Source: Eledone cirrhosa | Taxonomy: Eukaryota | Assembly (NCBI GenBank): GCA_964016885.1 | Contig: OZ024740.1 | Location: forward strand, 229,400,001 to 229,464,000 | DNA: 64,000 nucleotides | Reading direction: 5' to 3' | Part shown: in pieces, positions 41,469 to 56,487 of the stretch | How positions within the stretch are numbered: the first letter of the stretch is position 1 | How the letters are laid out: each line of letters opens with the position of its first letter | Program-made: the position numbers and the translations under genes | Notes under the pieces: model-generated | The model's database searches: none | Seen by the model: only the letters and a program-made list of their open reading frames with translations | Told to the model about the DNA's origin: nothing

Positions 41469-41555
41469 CTACTTTTCTACTATATCAAGCGTTAATCTAA
41501 TATATTTCTTCATTGTACTGTGTCGATTGCTTTGTTATTTCTGTTTACTTTTACA

Positions 41556-41595
<40 letters not shown>

Positions 41596-41620
41596 TGTGT
41601 GTGTGTGTGTGCGCGTGTGC

Positions 41621-41690
<70 letters not shown>

Positions 41691-42018
41691 CAATGTACAT
41701 ATGCAGGGGAAAGCAAATATATGGCGCTTATAAATTTATCCGACGAGGGCATTCCATTCGGAAGCCTATGGAATTCCCTCCACTCACAATGTTTTGTTTC
41801 TTTTTACCCAGCGTTACACCGACTTACAGATGTCTAAACTGGGCATAAGCCGTACTAACCTCATTAGTCTAGCAGGACCTGTAAAGGTCACGAGCACTCC
41901 TCTCCCTCCTCCATCTTCAACATCCCTTCCTCATCCTCATTATCATCATCATCATCATCCCCATCTTCATAATCATATAACTATCGTATCGAAACATACA
42001 TTAAAAAAAATATATCTA

Positions 42019-42186
<168 letters not shown>

Positions 42187-42241
42187 AGCAAATTATAAAT
42201 GTAAACATGTAAGTATGTTTTTGAAACGGTGCGCGAGTTTG

Positions 42242-42473
42242 AAATTAGAAATTAGAAATTATAAGCTTTCACCGTATTTTAGACTAAAGAAATTTCTAGC
42301 CTGATAGTGGGGTTTATAACCCTCGAAGAAATGGAAAAAGATGAGTGTTGCCGTACATGGGAGGCAACACTCATCTTTTTCCATTTCCCAGAGGGTTATA
42401 AACCCCACTATCAGGCTAGAAATTTCTTTAGTCTAAAATACGGTGAAAGCTTATAATTTCTAATTTCTAATTT
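42242..42473. repeat. fold-back with ~110-bp arms and a 10-bp loop
   Basis: 42242-42352 is the reverse complement of 42363-42473. Confidence 0.9.
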
Positions 42474-42661
42474 GGCGGTGGATTGGTAGTATCGGTAGAG
42501 GGTCGGACGCCATGCTTTCTAGCATAGTTACGTCCCTTTACGATCTGAGTTCAAATCCCGCCGAGGTTGACTTTGCCTTTCATCCTTACGGGGTCGATAA
42601 AATAAAGTACCAGTGAGGCACTGGGTAGTTGCTGGCCTTGTGCCTAAAGTAGAAACAATTA
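42474..42661 (+). mobile_element. full-length major SINE
   Basis: ggcggtggattgg..gagttcaaatcccgcc..gtagaaacaatt. Confidence 0.9.
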
Positions 42662-42743
42662 TTTGCTTGTATATATATATATATATATATACGGAAGACA
42701 TAACAAATCGTCCTTTTTATTATCATATATATATATATATATA

Positions 42744-42788
<45 letters not shown>

Positions 42789-42938
42789 GTGTGTGTGTAT
42801 GTGTGTGTGTCTATGTATATATAGTTAAATGAAACAAACAAAACACAGGAGACAATTTTTACAGTTATAAGGTTCACATGTGTGTATGTGTTTGTGTGTG
42901 TGTGAGAGTGAGAGAGTATGTGTAAATGTCTGTCTGTG

Positions 42939-42996
<58 letters not shown>

Positions 42997-43185
42997 AACC
43001 TAAAACACTATTTATTTATTAAATTCCTATGTCGCTCTCCAAACAAATCATTTTTATATCAAAAATGATTCATGTGATTTTTATGTGGAAAAATGGCGAA
43101 GGAAGTTTGTGTAATTCTTAGTAACGATACATAAATGTTGGAGATTTCAAATTGTTTATAGTCAAGAGAGAATTTAACAGAAAAC

Positions 43186-43612
43186 TGATAATAATGATGA
43201 TAATAATTGTGATGATGATGATGGTGGTGGTGGTGGTGGTGGTGGTGGTGGTGGTGTTGATGATGATGATGGTGGTGGTGGTGGTGGTGGTGGTGGTGGT
43301 GGTGGTGTTGATGATGATGATGATCGTGATGGTGGTGGTCGTGGTAGTGGTGGTCGTGGTAGTGGTGGTGGTGGTGCTGGTGGTAGTGGTGTGGTGGTGA
43401 CGATGATGATGGTGATGGTGGTGGTGGTGGTAGTGGTGCTGGTGGTGGTGGTGGTAGTGGTGCTGGTGGTGGTGCTGGTGGTGGTGCTGGTGGTGGTGGT
43501 GACGATGACGATGATGATGGTGGTGGTGGTGGTAGTGGTGGTGGTGGTGATGACGATGATGATGATGATGGTGGTGGTGGTGATGACGGTGATGATGATG
43601 ATGATGATGATT
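43186..43612. repeat. (GGT/GAT)n trinucleotide tract
   Basis: direct inspection. Confidence 0.95.
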
Positions 43613-43764
43613 GGTAAGGAACATAGAAGAAAGGAAAATAAAGAACAGAAAAAAGGATAAGATAGTGGGAAAGATTGTAAGAAACAAAGAAAGAAGGAAA
43701 GGAAAGAAAGAAACGATAAGTAAGAATGAAAGAGAGAAAGAGAAATGAATAAAGAAACAAAGAT

Positions 43765-43810
<46 letters not shown>

Positions 43811-43993
43811 GAAATGCAAGTTAGAAAGAAAGAGAGAAAGAAACGATTCCTCGTGGAAATTACTAGAAAGATCATTTGTCTTGTAGGTTTATTTATTTGC
43901 AACTGTTTCCATAGTGATAAACACGATTCTCTCGAATATCGATTATATTTAAAATTTTCATTGGTTCATTCACTTATTTATTGGCTTTTACAT

Positions 43994-44038
<45 letters not shown>

Positions 44039-44047
44039 CTTTCTCTC

Positions 44048-44147
<100 letters not shown>

Positions 44148-44430
44148 TCCTATATACATATATACACAAATACATACATATATAGGCACATACATATATA
44201 TATATGGTTCACAGAAACGATAAATAGAGGTGCATACAGACACACATACATACCTACACATACACACACACACACACGCACACATACATACATACATACA
44301 TACATACATACATACATACATACATACATACATACATACATACATACATACATACATACACACGTACATAAACGTAAACATATATATATATATATAAGTA
44401 TGTATGTGTGAGTGTGTATACACTATATAC

Positions 44431-44479
<49 letters not shown>

Positions 44480-45079
44480 TAGAGAGAATGGCTTTCCAAA
44501 GAAAAACAGAAAGAGGCCAAAGTTAAACAGTCAATACTCAAAACATGAAGTAGCGAAAGTATAAAGTATAACAATCACTTCACTCATTATTTCAAATTAA
44601 TTAAACATTTCTTGTCCAGTAGAAGTCATTTTTATATGAAATACCCCCCCCCCCACACACACACACATGTATTATCTTTTATCATTTAACTGTTCCAGAC
44701 AACGGGCTGAGACCATCCTGGAGCACATGTTGCTACATTTTCTATAACAGTTATTTCTTGATTTACAATTGATGCAAGAGGGAAATTAACACTGCCACCC
44801 GAAGTTCAAATAAATGTTTTCTTACGAATGAAAATATTTTAATACAAAATAAAGATATTTATACATGAATGTGTATATACTAGCACAAACAAGTTTCAGC
44901 TTTCTGAAGACGTGTGAAAAATAATTAAGTATTTTGCATATGATTGAACAATATATATTGTAGTCAGCATATGTAGACTATTATAATAGGCAGAGAAACA
45001 TGCTAAAGTTAATAAATTCTTACTCTTCCTTCTTTCCGAAGTCTATATTTTTCTTGGCGCAATACTTGCTTACATTATA

Positions 45080-45249
45080 TATCGGTAGAGAGCCGGACAC
45101 CATGCTTTGCAGCAAAGAGTTACGGCCCTTTATGGTCTGAGTTCAAATCCCGCCGAGGTTAACTTTGCCTTTCATCCTTACGGGGTCGATAAAATAAAGT
45201 ACCAGTAATGTACTGGGATAATTGCTGGCCTTGTGCCAAAAATAGAAAC

Positions 45250-45254
<5 letters not shown>
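45080..45254 (+). mobile_element. major SINE
   Basis: SINE body match. Confidence 0.85.
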
Positions 45255-45345
<91 letters not shown>

Positions 45346-45475
45346 AGATAAATCTACCAAAATATACGGTAGTGTCCAATCCGTATGAAGAACTCAATGT
45401 AATCCAAATATCATGAAAAGAAAAGATGTATTCAAAAATGTTTTCGATGAAAATCAAAGGAAGACAGAGTCAAGA

Positions 45476-45859
45476 TAAATTAATAAAAACAATGAATAAA
45501 AACAAAGAAACAGTTCCTTATATTAAAAAATTCATCATTTTACGATCGTTTCTAGGATATATATGTGTGTGTTGGTATGTATATCATATAGATCTATGTA
45601 AAAATTTTACAAACTATCAGAGGGAATATACATACCTACACATATATATGCTGTCTTCAGAAATAATGATAATCTGAAGACAGCATATATATGTGTAGGT
45701 ATGTATATTCCCTCTGATAGTTTGTAAAATTTTTACATAGATCTATATGATATACATACCAACACACACATATATATCCTAGAAACGATCGTAAAATGAT
45801 GAATTGTTTAATATAAGGAACTGTTTCTTTGTTTTTATTCATTGTTTTTATTAATTTAT
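45476..45859. repeat. fold-back with ~185-bp arms, each carrying a hammerhead
   Basis: 45476-45660 is the reverse complement of 45674-45859. Confidence 0.92.
45534..45667 (-). ncRNA. type I hammerhead with long TA-rich helix II
   Basis: minus strand attattt CTGAAGA cagc-atatatatgtg..cacatatatat-ccta GAAA c-gatc-g TA aaatgat; plus-strand copy at 45674-45800. Confidence 0.7.
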
Positions 45860-46294
45860 ATATATATATATATAAAACATGAGAAGAAAGAGGAATACTG
45901 CGTGGTTGCACATGGGTTACATATTATAATATTAGTCCCTCGTCAGTGATTTGCCAACCATCATTGATATTTCATCGCATTAAAAATCATATACCTCAGG
46001 TTGGTGCGAGCAATAACTAAAAAAAGCTTTTGGGACAAGTGAGTCGCGTAAAGCGAGTGAGACAAGTAAACAACATAGAAGGATAAAAGCAAACCGAAGA
46101 TAGGAAAAAAAACGAGCAACATGGTTATCCGGTCAGCATAAGCTGGGTGAATTTCATGAGCGATCAGAAAACAGACCGTCCGACGTGAGTGAGATGTGAG
46201 CAAGAAAGGACCCCACTACCAACGAAACGGGAGGAAGTGAGAAGGGGAGAAACAGAGAGTGAGTGAGTGGACGTGCGAGGAAGAGGTCAGATAT

Positions 46295-46386
<92 letters not shown>

Positions 46387-46481
46387 TTTGAGTTTATGTT
46401 GGTTGTATACCAACACCTCAGTATGCAGGCTGGAGCACTCGACGGGGTGCGCAGGTTGGTTTGGTTACTCCGGAGTAGTGT

Positions 46482-46973
46482 AAAATAAAGTTAAATAAAA
46501 GTCAAATGATTAAAATTTAGCTTCGTTTATTACTGCTATATATATTTCAGTGACAGACATCTTTGGCTGTGACCTCTTCAGGCAGTTTGAATTAGTATGG
46601 TATAGACAAGTACATATGTTGTTTAGGTGTATGATATTGTCAATACTCTGATATGCTCAGTTCCTTGTTGGGTTGTTAATTCACTGGGGAACTGGAGTCA
46701 TATGTCTCCAGTTCCCCAGTGAATTAACAATTCACTGGGGAACTGGAGACATATGACTCCAGTTCCCCAGTGAATTAACAACCCAACAAGGAACTGGGCA
46801 TATCAGGGTATTGACAATATCATACACCTAAACAACATATGTACTTGTCTATACCATACTAATTCAAACTGCCTGAAGAGGTCACAGCCAAAGATGTCTG
46901 TCACTGAAATATATATAGCAGTAATAAACGAAGCTAAATTTTAATCATTTGACTTTTATTTAACTTTATTTTA
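46482..46973. repeat. fold-back with ~225-bp arms and a doubly inverted centre
   Basis: hammerheads at 46532-46586 (-) and 46868-46922 (+); same family as 40420-40642. Confidence 0.92.
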
Positions 46974-47152
46974 TATATATATATATATATAGATGAATAT
47001 ATATATACTGGTATCCACCTATTTATGGTAGGGTCAACAACGTAGATAGAACTCCATGCAGTCTTGAACAGATGATTCCAATGAGATCGTAGCTATAGGT
47101 TTTATAGTAGGCTTTCATCGCATAAGGTTCTAATCGAGCTACAGTGTCGCGC

Positions 47153-47243
<91 letters not shown>

Positions 47244-47553
47244 CGTGCGTGCGTGTGTGTGTTTTGAACAATGAAAATAAACCAAAAGGCGAAGATAGGT
47301 TCTTAATTAATTCTTAATCAGAAACCACTTTTGAGGAAGACAGCGAGATAGATCTAAGATATTGTAATAGGTGGTGGCATAATCACTCACTATCGTAACG
47401 TAAGTATTTGACGACGTCATCGGGTGTTGTTTGCAAAATTAATTAATCGATAATAGGTTTACGGCTAACCAAACAGAGAATAGAGAATAAACTTGATTTT
47501 ATATATATATATACACGACGGGCTTGTATCTATCTATATACATATGTATGTAT

Positions 47554-47776
47554 GTTCTCTTTCTCTTAATTTCGAGTACATTTTTAACCGGCCTCCTTTC
47601 AATGATGGGTAAGAAGCTAAAGGTGTATCTTGGATACTGGATTTGTAAACTCCTCATCAATGGTCCGTAGATGTCCTCCTTCTCCTGTATTTTTCTGACA
47701 ACGATTACATCAAGTGGGCAGCTGATCTCCACAACAGAACACGTTTTCAATGTGTGGTCCCAAACAACAATATCAT
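47554..47776 (-). mobile_element. RLE LINE 3' fragment with internal deletion
   Basis: DIVVWDHTLKTCSVVEISCPLDV..KEDIYGPL; ends gagaa(cata)n. Confidence 0.8.
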
Positions 47777-48223
47777 GTATGTATGTATGTATGTATGTAT
47801 GTTTGTATGTATGTACATACGAAGGTATGTATGTGTGTAAGTACGAAGGTATGTTTGCATGTAAAATGTGTGTGCGTGTGTATGTGCATATATATATACG
47901 TGTGTGTATATATGAGTGCGTATGTCTGTGTATATATGTGTGTATATATGCATGTGTGTATATGTATGTGTGTATATGTGTGTATGTGTGTGTGTATGTT
48001 TATGTATGCATATGTGTGTATATATATGTACCTGTCTGTGTGCGCGTGCATTTGTGTGTGTATGTGTTCGTGTGTGTGTGTACGTGTATATGTGTATGTA
48101 TTTCTGTATGTGTATGTGTATGTGTATATGTTATGTATTTATCAGTTTAGCTCCAAGTGGTGCCGTACAGATAAAGCCTTTATCGTCCGGTGGAGGGGAG
48201 ACTGTGTTAGGGATAACCATCCT

Positions 48224-48262
48224 CATCACCACCACTATCCCCCCCCCACCACCACCACCACT

Positions 48263-48294
<32 letters not shown>

Positions 48295-49324
48295 CATCGC
48301 CACCACGACCACCTACACTACCATCATCATCATCATCATCATCACTACTACCACTACCACCACCACCTACACTACCATCATCATCATCGACACCACCACC
48401 ACTACCATCCTCCTCCTCACCACCACCATCAATACCACCACCATCATCATCATCATCATCCTCATCGCCACCACCACCACGTACACTACCACGATCATCA
48501 TCATCACTACCACCACCACCACCACCTACACCACCACCATCACCACCTATACCACCACCATCACCACTACCACCACCTCTACACCACCACCATCACCTCT
48601 ACACCACCACCATCACCACCACAACTACCGCCACCACCATCACCACCACTACCACCACCTTCACCATCACCACCAGTACCACCACCACCACCACCACCAC
48701 CACCACTACCATCACTATCACCACCACAACTACCAACACCACCATCACCACCGCCACCACTACCACCATCACCACCACCACCATCACCACCACCACCACC
48801 ATCACCACCGCCACCACCACCACCTTCATCACAACCACCAGTACCACCACTACCTTCATCACCACCACCAGTACCACCACCACCACCACCACCACCACCA
48901 CCATCACCACCGCCACCACCACCACCATCACCACCATCACCATCACCACCGCCACCACCACCACCATCACCACCATCACCATCACCACCACCACCACCAC
49001 CATCACCACCATCACCATCACCACCGCCACCATCACCACCATCACCACCATCACCATCACCACCGCCACCACCACCATCACCATCACCACCGCCACCAGT
49101 ACCACCACCATCACCACCATCACCATCACCATCACCACCGCCACCAGTACCACCACCATCACCACCATCACCATCACCATCACCACCGCCACCAGTACCA
49201 CCACCATCACCACCATCACCATCACCATCACCACTGCCACCACCATCACCACCATCACCATCACCATCACCACCGCCACAACCATCACCATCACAACCGC
49301 CACCTACTACCACCACCACCACCA
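48224..49324. repeat. (CAC/CAT/TAC)n trinucleotide tract
   Basis: direct inspection. Confidence 0.95.
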
Positions 49325-49414
49325 GGTCAATGAACGTCAGTCCAACGACCTCCTCCCCCACCTATGGTATACGTATGTTAAGATATTTGTAATACCAGCC
49401 AGTCATTCCATCCG

Positions 49415-50108
49415 GAGGAGTTGTTAGTGCTTCGGTTTAAAAGTGCCTCGGTAGTAGTTCCGGCTCTCTCATCTCTGAGTTCGAGTCCCACCAGTGTCAG
49501 CTTTGCTTTCCAACCTTCCTAAACCGATAAACTACCATTATTGACTTTGCCTTTCTTCCTTACGGGGTCGATAAAATAAAGTACCAGTAATGTACTGGGT
49601 AATTGCTGGCCTTGTGCTTAAAGAAGAAACAATTATTGTAATGGTAGATTGGCAGGATCGGTAGAGGGTTTGACGCATAGAGTTACGGCCCTTGCCATTC
49701 TGAGTTCAAATCCCGCCGAGGTTAACTTTGCCTTTCATCCTTACGGGGTCGATAAAATAAAGTACCAGTAATGCACTGGGTAATTGCTGGCCTTGTGCCA
49801 AACGTAGAAACAATTATTGTAATGGTGAATTGGCAGTATCGGTAGAGGGTCGGACGCCATGCTTTGCAGCACAGTTACGTCCCTTTACGGACTGAGTTCA
49901 AATCCCGCCGAGGCTAACGAGGTGTACCATAATGTCTACCATTTGTTTTACTTCACTCGCCATGCTTTGACGCATAGAGTTACGGCCCTTTCCATTCTGA
50001 GTTCAAATCCCGCCGAGGTTAACTTTGCCTTTCATCCTTACGGGGTCGATAAAATAAAGTACCAGTAATACACTGGCCTTGTGCCAAAAGTAGAAACAAT
50101 TATTGTAA
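49415..50108 (+). mobile_element. cluster of 5 whole or partial major SINE copies
   Basis: units separated by attattgtaatgg; the last has a replaced 5' end. Confidence 0.88.
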
Positions 50109-50426
50109 TGGGATTCATTTTGTCTCTCTCTCTCTTTGGCTATCTTTCTTCCCTTTTCTCTCTCACCGTCTCACTCTCTCTCTGACTGTCTCTCTCTCTT
50201 TCTATCTATCATATTTCCTTTTTTTCTCTCTCACATCTCCCCCCCCCTCTCTCTATCTACACCCCCCCCTCTCTCTCTCTCTTGTTGCTGTTGGTGTTGT
50301 TCATGTTCATCAGTTTTATGTCGTGAGTTATCAAATCTCCCAACTCCTAAGTAACAACGGTCCAGTTAGAGATTAAAAATCCTTATCATTCGTAAGGAGT
50401 CGGGTGGGGTGGGTCATTCTGTACTC

Positions 50427-50493
<67 letters not shown>

Positions 50494-51150
50494 CGTCCTT
50501 TGGGGCAACACATTCGCCATTCTGTCTGTCGGGACCAGGGAACAACAACAAACTTAAACACGATGTTGTCTATGTAAATTTCTGTATTTGATTCCAGCAA
50601 TTAACTTTTAACATCAAGGAAATATCTTTAAAAGGGTTTCGTTAATGCAAATGTTTATCTTATATTTACAAGTCAACAGATCTTTGTTAGAGGCTATTCT
50701 TTAGTCCCTAATATGATATTGACATTTCTAAATGAAATGTTGCATATGCAAGGGTGTCAATTAACGTTTAAACTCCTGTAATGGATTAGAAGAAAATATC
50801 TTTAAAATGGTTCCGTTAATTCAAATGTTTACAGTATCCTTATTTGTGGACAGTTTGTTATGACAAGTTGCAGTTTCTTTTTTTTTTTTTTTTAGACGCT
50901 CGATAATATCCCGATAGAACTCGTCAAATCGGACCAAGGAAGCAATGTTTCCATTGGTCTTTCCATTGCTAATACAATCTACCGTTTGCAACAATGGAGA
51001 TGGTCCGCCGCAACAATAACAACGAATTCGTAAGGCCATCACCGAATCAAAACTATTCTCTATTCTCTGTTTGTTTTTGCCATAATCCTGATGTCGATTA
51101 GTTACTCTATGCAATCCACACCTAATGACGTCGCTTAAGTATTCCGCCAA

Positions 51151-51190
51151 GATCTGATGATGTAACAAGCTCACAGAAATACGTATTGTG
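51151..51190 (+). ncRNA. degenerate hammerhead-like motif
   Basis: CTGATGA tgt..aca GAAA t-acgt-a TT; helix I poor; the downstream tail resembles 4192-4325 and 38020-38160. Confidence 0.4.
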
Positions 51191-52153
51191 ATTTTCCGAC
51201 ATTAAAAGAATATTTCTAGTCCGGCCTCCTGTTGTTTTTCAAATAAATATTTAAATCCGTTCCTGCACCAGTCACGGGATATCACATCTATCATGGATGT
51301 TTTGCATAACGTCGAGTGGTTTAATTTATTACATCATGATTTACTAACGGAAATGACCAGATCTGCTAACTGGTAAACCACACAACATAAGTGACCCCCA
51401 GCAGACAACTGATTAAGGAAAATTTTCTCCCGTTCTTATACCTTATCCTGCAACTACACGGCCTGTTCATTCTTATATATATATATATATATATATTTTG
51501 GGTACCCACTGAAGATTTATAAGAGCCCACTTGAATAAGTATCTGTTGACCTTATACAAGCTTCTACATAACTTGGTATAATTTCACCCAACTTGTAGAA
51601 ATCTTATAATGAAATGAGTCGTCTGGGAAATGATATATTTAATATATCTCATATGAAATAATACAGCCAATTATCCACACAATACAATATAGTTACCACC
51701 CCAAACGTTTAATTGGGAATATACTCAGGTATTTCCTAATGTTTGTTGAGTGAGTTGGAATTTGGCCGGAGTATCGCTTTTAGCTTTCTCCGATTATGTA
51801 TATGTGTGTGAGAGTCTGTGTGTACCCACCCACACTAACTCTACAGGTTTAATACTGTGTTGATGTGTGTATATATATGTATATATTTTTCTTTGACCTC
51901 GAGCCGGTGTATGTGGGTGTGGAATGTGTGTGTACCCACTCACATTAACTGTGACCGACTATATCCCTACAGATTTGATTGATGTCCAGCGTCTTTTGCA
52001 GCAATAGAAATCTGAAAACTTTTATGACCTCAACTGAAGTTAATAGCAGTCGCCGTGTCTCTGACTGGTGTGTCTTCATATGAGGGAATGAATTCTGTGA
52101 GAAAACATCGTTTTTTTTTTCTCCCTCATCAAGAATTTGAAGACAATTCATTT

Positions 52154-52227
52154 TCACCTGATGAGATCAGTGATAATCGATCATGGCTTCACAATCGATC
52201 TATCTCTTATTGAGACATGTGTCGTGA
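52154..52227 (+). ncRNA. degenerate hammerhead motif
   Basis: tcac CTGATGA .. GAGA c-atgt-g TC gtga; GAAA has mutated to GAGA. Confidence 0.5.
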
Positions 52228-52268
52228 TTAAATGATTGGAATTTTACCTTGCCTTCGGATTTTCATTT

Positions 52269-52301
<33 letters not shown>

Positions 52302-52440
52302 AACAGGTAGGACCCCGACGGCTGAGCTCAAGCCGTTTCGACGGCTAATTCTGTCCAGATCCTATTACCCACTCTACTACTCTAAGTATTGAGTACTTTG
52401 GTGCGTATGGTCCATCTGGTTCCTTACCACATTTCCTTCG

Positions 52441-52505
<65 letters not shown>

Positions 52506-52511
<6 letters not shown>

Positions 52512-54636
52512 AAGTCTGATATTTGATTTCGGATTCAAAGAAACACTTTAAACGTATAATCGTTTGATTTGTCCAGGTGTATTTTTCTCAACCTGTTAGT
52601 TCTATCTACTTTGGTATATTATTGTGTGTTAGATTTTGCCTACCACAATGTTCGATTTGTCAAGCTATTTAAACGTATGTTATTACTCTAAGGACCTACC
52701 TTATCGAGTGCTTTGCTAACTCATCATTTCATATAAGTAGGCCGAATTTGCTTGAACCGCCAGAGATTCGATTTTACTAAATTCCCAATTATATTATTCT
52801 CCTAGATTTAATAATTAACTAATTAATTTAATTAGACAATTCTGTTGATTGGTTAATTATTTGTGTTTGTTTTATAACATCTAGTCGAGAGCTTATCATG
52901 ATGATTAGCGGAAATTAAAATATTTCCTTCGTCTAACATTTTGAATGACCCGCCAAAGACCGGGGGTTATTTCCCTTGCTGGAATTAACACGTGACAGCT
53001 ATAGATACGATACGCTGCATCTGGCAGCAACATTTAGCCTATCACCCCTGTTCTGGGTAGAACGAAAATCTGTTGAAAAACTGAATCCTCTGTTCGATCA
53101 TGAATACCACGAGCTTGCCAGTCACGTAAGTCTGATATTTGATTCCGGATTCAAAGAAACACTTTAAACGTATAATCGTTTGATTTGTCCAGGTGTATTT
53201 TTCTCAACCTGTTAGTTCTATCTACTTTGGTATATTATTGTGTGTTAGATTTTGCCTACCACAATGTTCGATTTGTTAAGCTATTTAAACGTATGTTATT
53301 ACTCTAAGGACCTACCTTATCGAGTGCTTTGCTAACTCATCATTTCATATAAGTAGGCCGAATTTGCTTGAACCGCCAGAGATTCGATTTTACTAAATTC
53401 CCAATTATATTATTCTCCTAGATTTAATAATTAACTAATTAATTTAATTAGACAATTCTGTTGATTGGTTAATTATTTGTGTTTGTTTTATAACATCTAG
53501 TCGAGAGCTTATCATGATGATTAGCGGAAATTAAAATATTTCCTTCGTCTAACATTTTGAATGACCCGCCAAAGACCGGGGGTTATTTCCCTTGCTGGAA
53601 TTAACACGTGACAGCTATAGATACGATACGCTGCATCTGGCAGCAACATTTAGCCTATCACCCCTGTTCTGGGTAGAACGAAAATCTGTTGAAAAACTGA
53701 ATCCTCTGTTCGATCATGAATACCACGAGCTTGCCAGTCACGTAAGTCTGATATTTGATTCCGGATTCAAAGAAACACTTTAAACGTATAATCGTTTGAT
53801 TTGTCCAGGTGTATTTTTCTCAACCTGTTAGTTCTATCTACTTTGGTATATTATTGTGTGTTAGATTTTGCCTACCACAATGTTCGATTTGTTAAGCTAT
53901 TTAAACGTATGTTATTACTCTAAGGACCTACCTTATCGAGTGCTTTGCTAACTCATCATTTCATATAAGTAGGCCGAATTTGCTTGAACCGCCAGAGATT
54001 CGATTTTACTAAATTCCCAATTATATTATTCTCCTAGATTTAATAATTAACTAATTAATTTAATTAGACAATTCTGTTGATTGGTTAATTATTTGTGTTT
54101 GTTTTATAACATCTAGTCGAGAGCTTATCATGATGATTAGCGGAAATTAAAATATTTCCTTCGTCTAACATTTTGAATGACCCGCCAAAGACCGGGGGTT
54201 ATTTCCCTTGCTGGAATTAACACGTGACAGCTATAGATACGATACGCTGCATCTGGCAGCAACATTTAGCCTATCACCCCTGTTCTGGGTAGAACGAAAA
54301 TCTGTTGAAAAACTGAATCCTCTGTTCGATCATGAATACCACGAGCTTGCCAGTCACGTAAGTCTGATATTTGATTCCGGATTCAAAGAAACACTTTAAA
54401 CGTATAATCGTTTGATTTGTCCAGGTGTATTTTTCTCAACCTGTTAGTTCTATCTACTTTGGTATATTATTGTGTGTTAGATTTTGCCTACCACAATGTT
54501 CGATTTGTTAAGCTATTTAAACGTATGTTATTACTCTAAGGACCTACCTTATCGAGTGCTTTGCTAACTCATCATTTCATATAAGTAGGCCGAATTTGCT
54601 TGCAAACCGCTAGAGATTCGATTTTACTAAATTTCC

Positions 54637-54642
<6 letters not shown>
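52506..54642. repeat. 616-bp tandem repeat, ~3.5 near-identical units
   Basis: identical ORFs start at 52976, 53592 and 54208; (TA)n on both sides. Confidence 0.97.
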
Positions 54643-54701
<59 letters not shown>

Positions 54702-54864
54702 CAATATCGGAGAAAGCTTTTTAGCGATACTCCGGCCAAATTCCAACTCACTCAACAAACATTAGGAAATAAGTGATTATATTCCCAATTATACGTTCGG
54801 GGTGCTAACTAAAAGTATTGCCTGGAAAATTGGCTGTATTATTTCATATGAGACATATCTAATA

Positions 54865-54928
<64 letters not shown>

Positions 54929-54935
<7 letters not shown>

Positions 54936-55021
54936 AATTCGAAGCTGGAAAGCCACGACAATGCAGGTTTGGACGGAGAAAACCTACATTGTTGTGGCTT
55001 TCCAGCTTCGAATTCTTTATA
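54929..55021. repeat. hairpin with ~42-bp arms
   Basis: aagaattcgaagctggaaagccac..aggttt / aaacct..gtggctttccagcttcgaattctt. Confidence 0.9.
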
Positions 55022-55230
55022 CCATATACAATACTTCAAGTAAACTACAAATTCTTATTTTTTGTTACTCTGGGGTTTCACCTGCTTCTCACAGGGTCTT
55101 CAAACAAGTTCTTGCCTGACTCACGGTCTGATAATATGAATAATGAAACTCTACTTGGGTATTGTGTACTCTTTTCTCTCGGCTGTCAACTATACAACTA
55201 CATAGGGATGTATATATATATATATATATA

Positions 55231-55286
<56 letters not shown>

Positions 55287-55287
55287 T

Positions 55288-55345
<58 letters not shown>

Positions 55346-55466
55346 AGGGCTCGTTTTATATGGACTACTCTCTGCAACTATCTTTCCGCCCACATTCATG
55401 TTTTTCCCACTCATCCCACTTATTCTTCTCCATCTCTCTTCTCTCTTCTTCTTTGTAGCCTCACAC

Positions 55467-55579
<113 letters not shown>

Positions 55580-55583
55580 CATA

Positions 55584-55632
<49 letters not shown>

Positions 55633-55679
55633 TTATATATGTGTGTGAGTGTATATATATATATATATATATATCTATA

Positions 55680-55719
55680 TATACACTCACTCAGTGAGAA
55701 TATATATATACATATATAT

Positions 55720-55754
<35 letters not shown>

Positions 55755-55790
55755 CACTCACTCAGTGAGAATATGTATATACATATATAT

Positions 55791-55838
<48 letters not shown>

Positions 55839-55871
55839 TCACTCAGTGAGAATATATATATACATATATAT

Positions 55872-55919
<48 letters not shown>

Positions 55920-55952
55920 TCACTCAGTGAGAATATATATATACATATATAT

Positions 55953-55994
<42 letters not shown>

Positions 55995-56027
55995 TCACTC
56001 AGTGAGAATATATATATACATATATAT

Positions 56028-56045
<18 letters not shown>
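55680..56045. repeat. minisatellite, cactcactcagtgagaata plus TA/CA runs, 5 units
   Basis: motif at ~55683, 55755, 55835, 55917 and 55992. Confidence 0.9.
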
Positions 56046-56079
<34 letters not shown>

Positions 56080-56417
56080 ATATATGTATATATATATTCT
56101 CCTTTTAGGAACAATACTGTACTGAATACCATGCACAATCCTTACCACTCTCAGACAGGCTCTACCCCACCTTTCATCCTTCTACTTCCATCTACCTCCA
56201 CATTACAGCTCCCTTATCTGTACTGAGTCACCCCGCAGCTCCCTTCCTCCGCAAGTATTTTTACCAAATGCGAACCTTCATTACTTCAAACGAAACAGTT
56301 AACAGACCGCCACCCTTACCTACTCAGTCATTGCATCCCAACAGTAGTCGGATGCAGTAGCCCCGAGGCTCCTTTAACCCTCATATACACATGCATGCAT
56401 ATGTACATTTGTATATA

Positions 56418-56448
<31 letters not shown>

Positions 56449-56454
56449 GATGTG

Positions 56455-56487
<33 letters not shown>

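Noticed and set aside
47750-49427. 500-aa poly-His/poly-Thr ORFs (mucin-like or His-rich appearance)
   Set aside because: This is a trinucleotide microsatellite open in multiple frames on both strands; the same applies to 43059-43902.
52976-54399. Three identical 63-aa ORFs
   Set aside because: They are a by-product of the 616-bp tandem repeat, start at TTG, and contain no recognisable motif.
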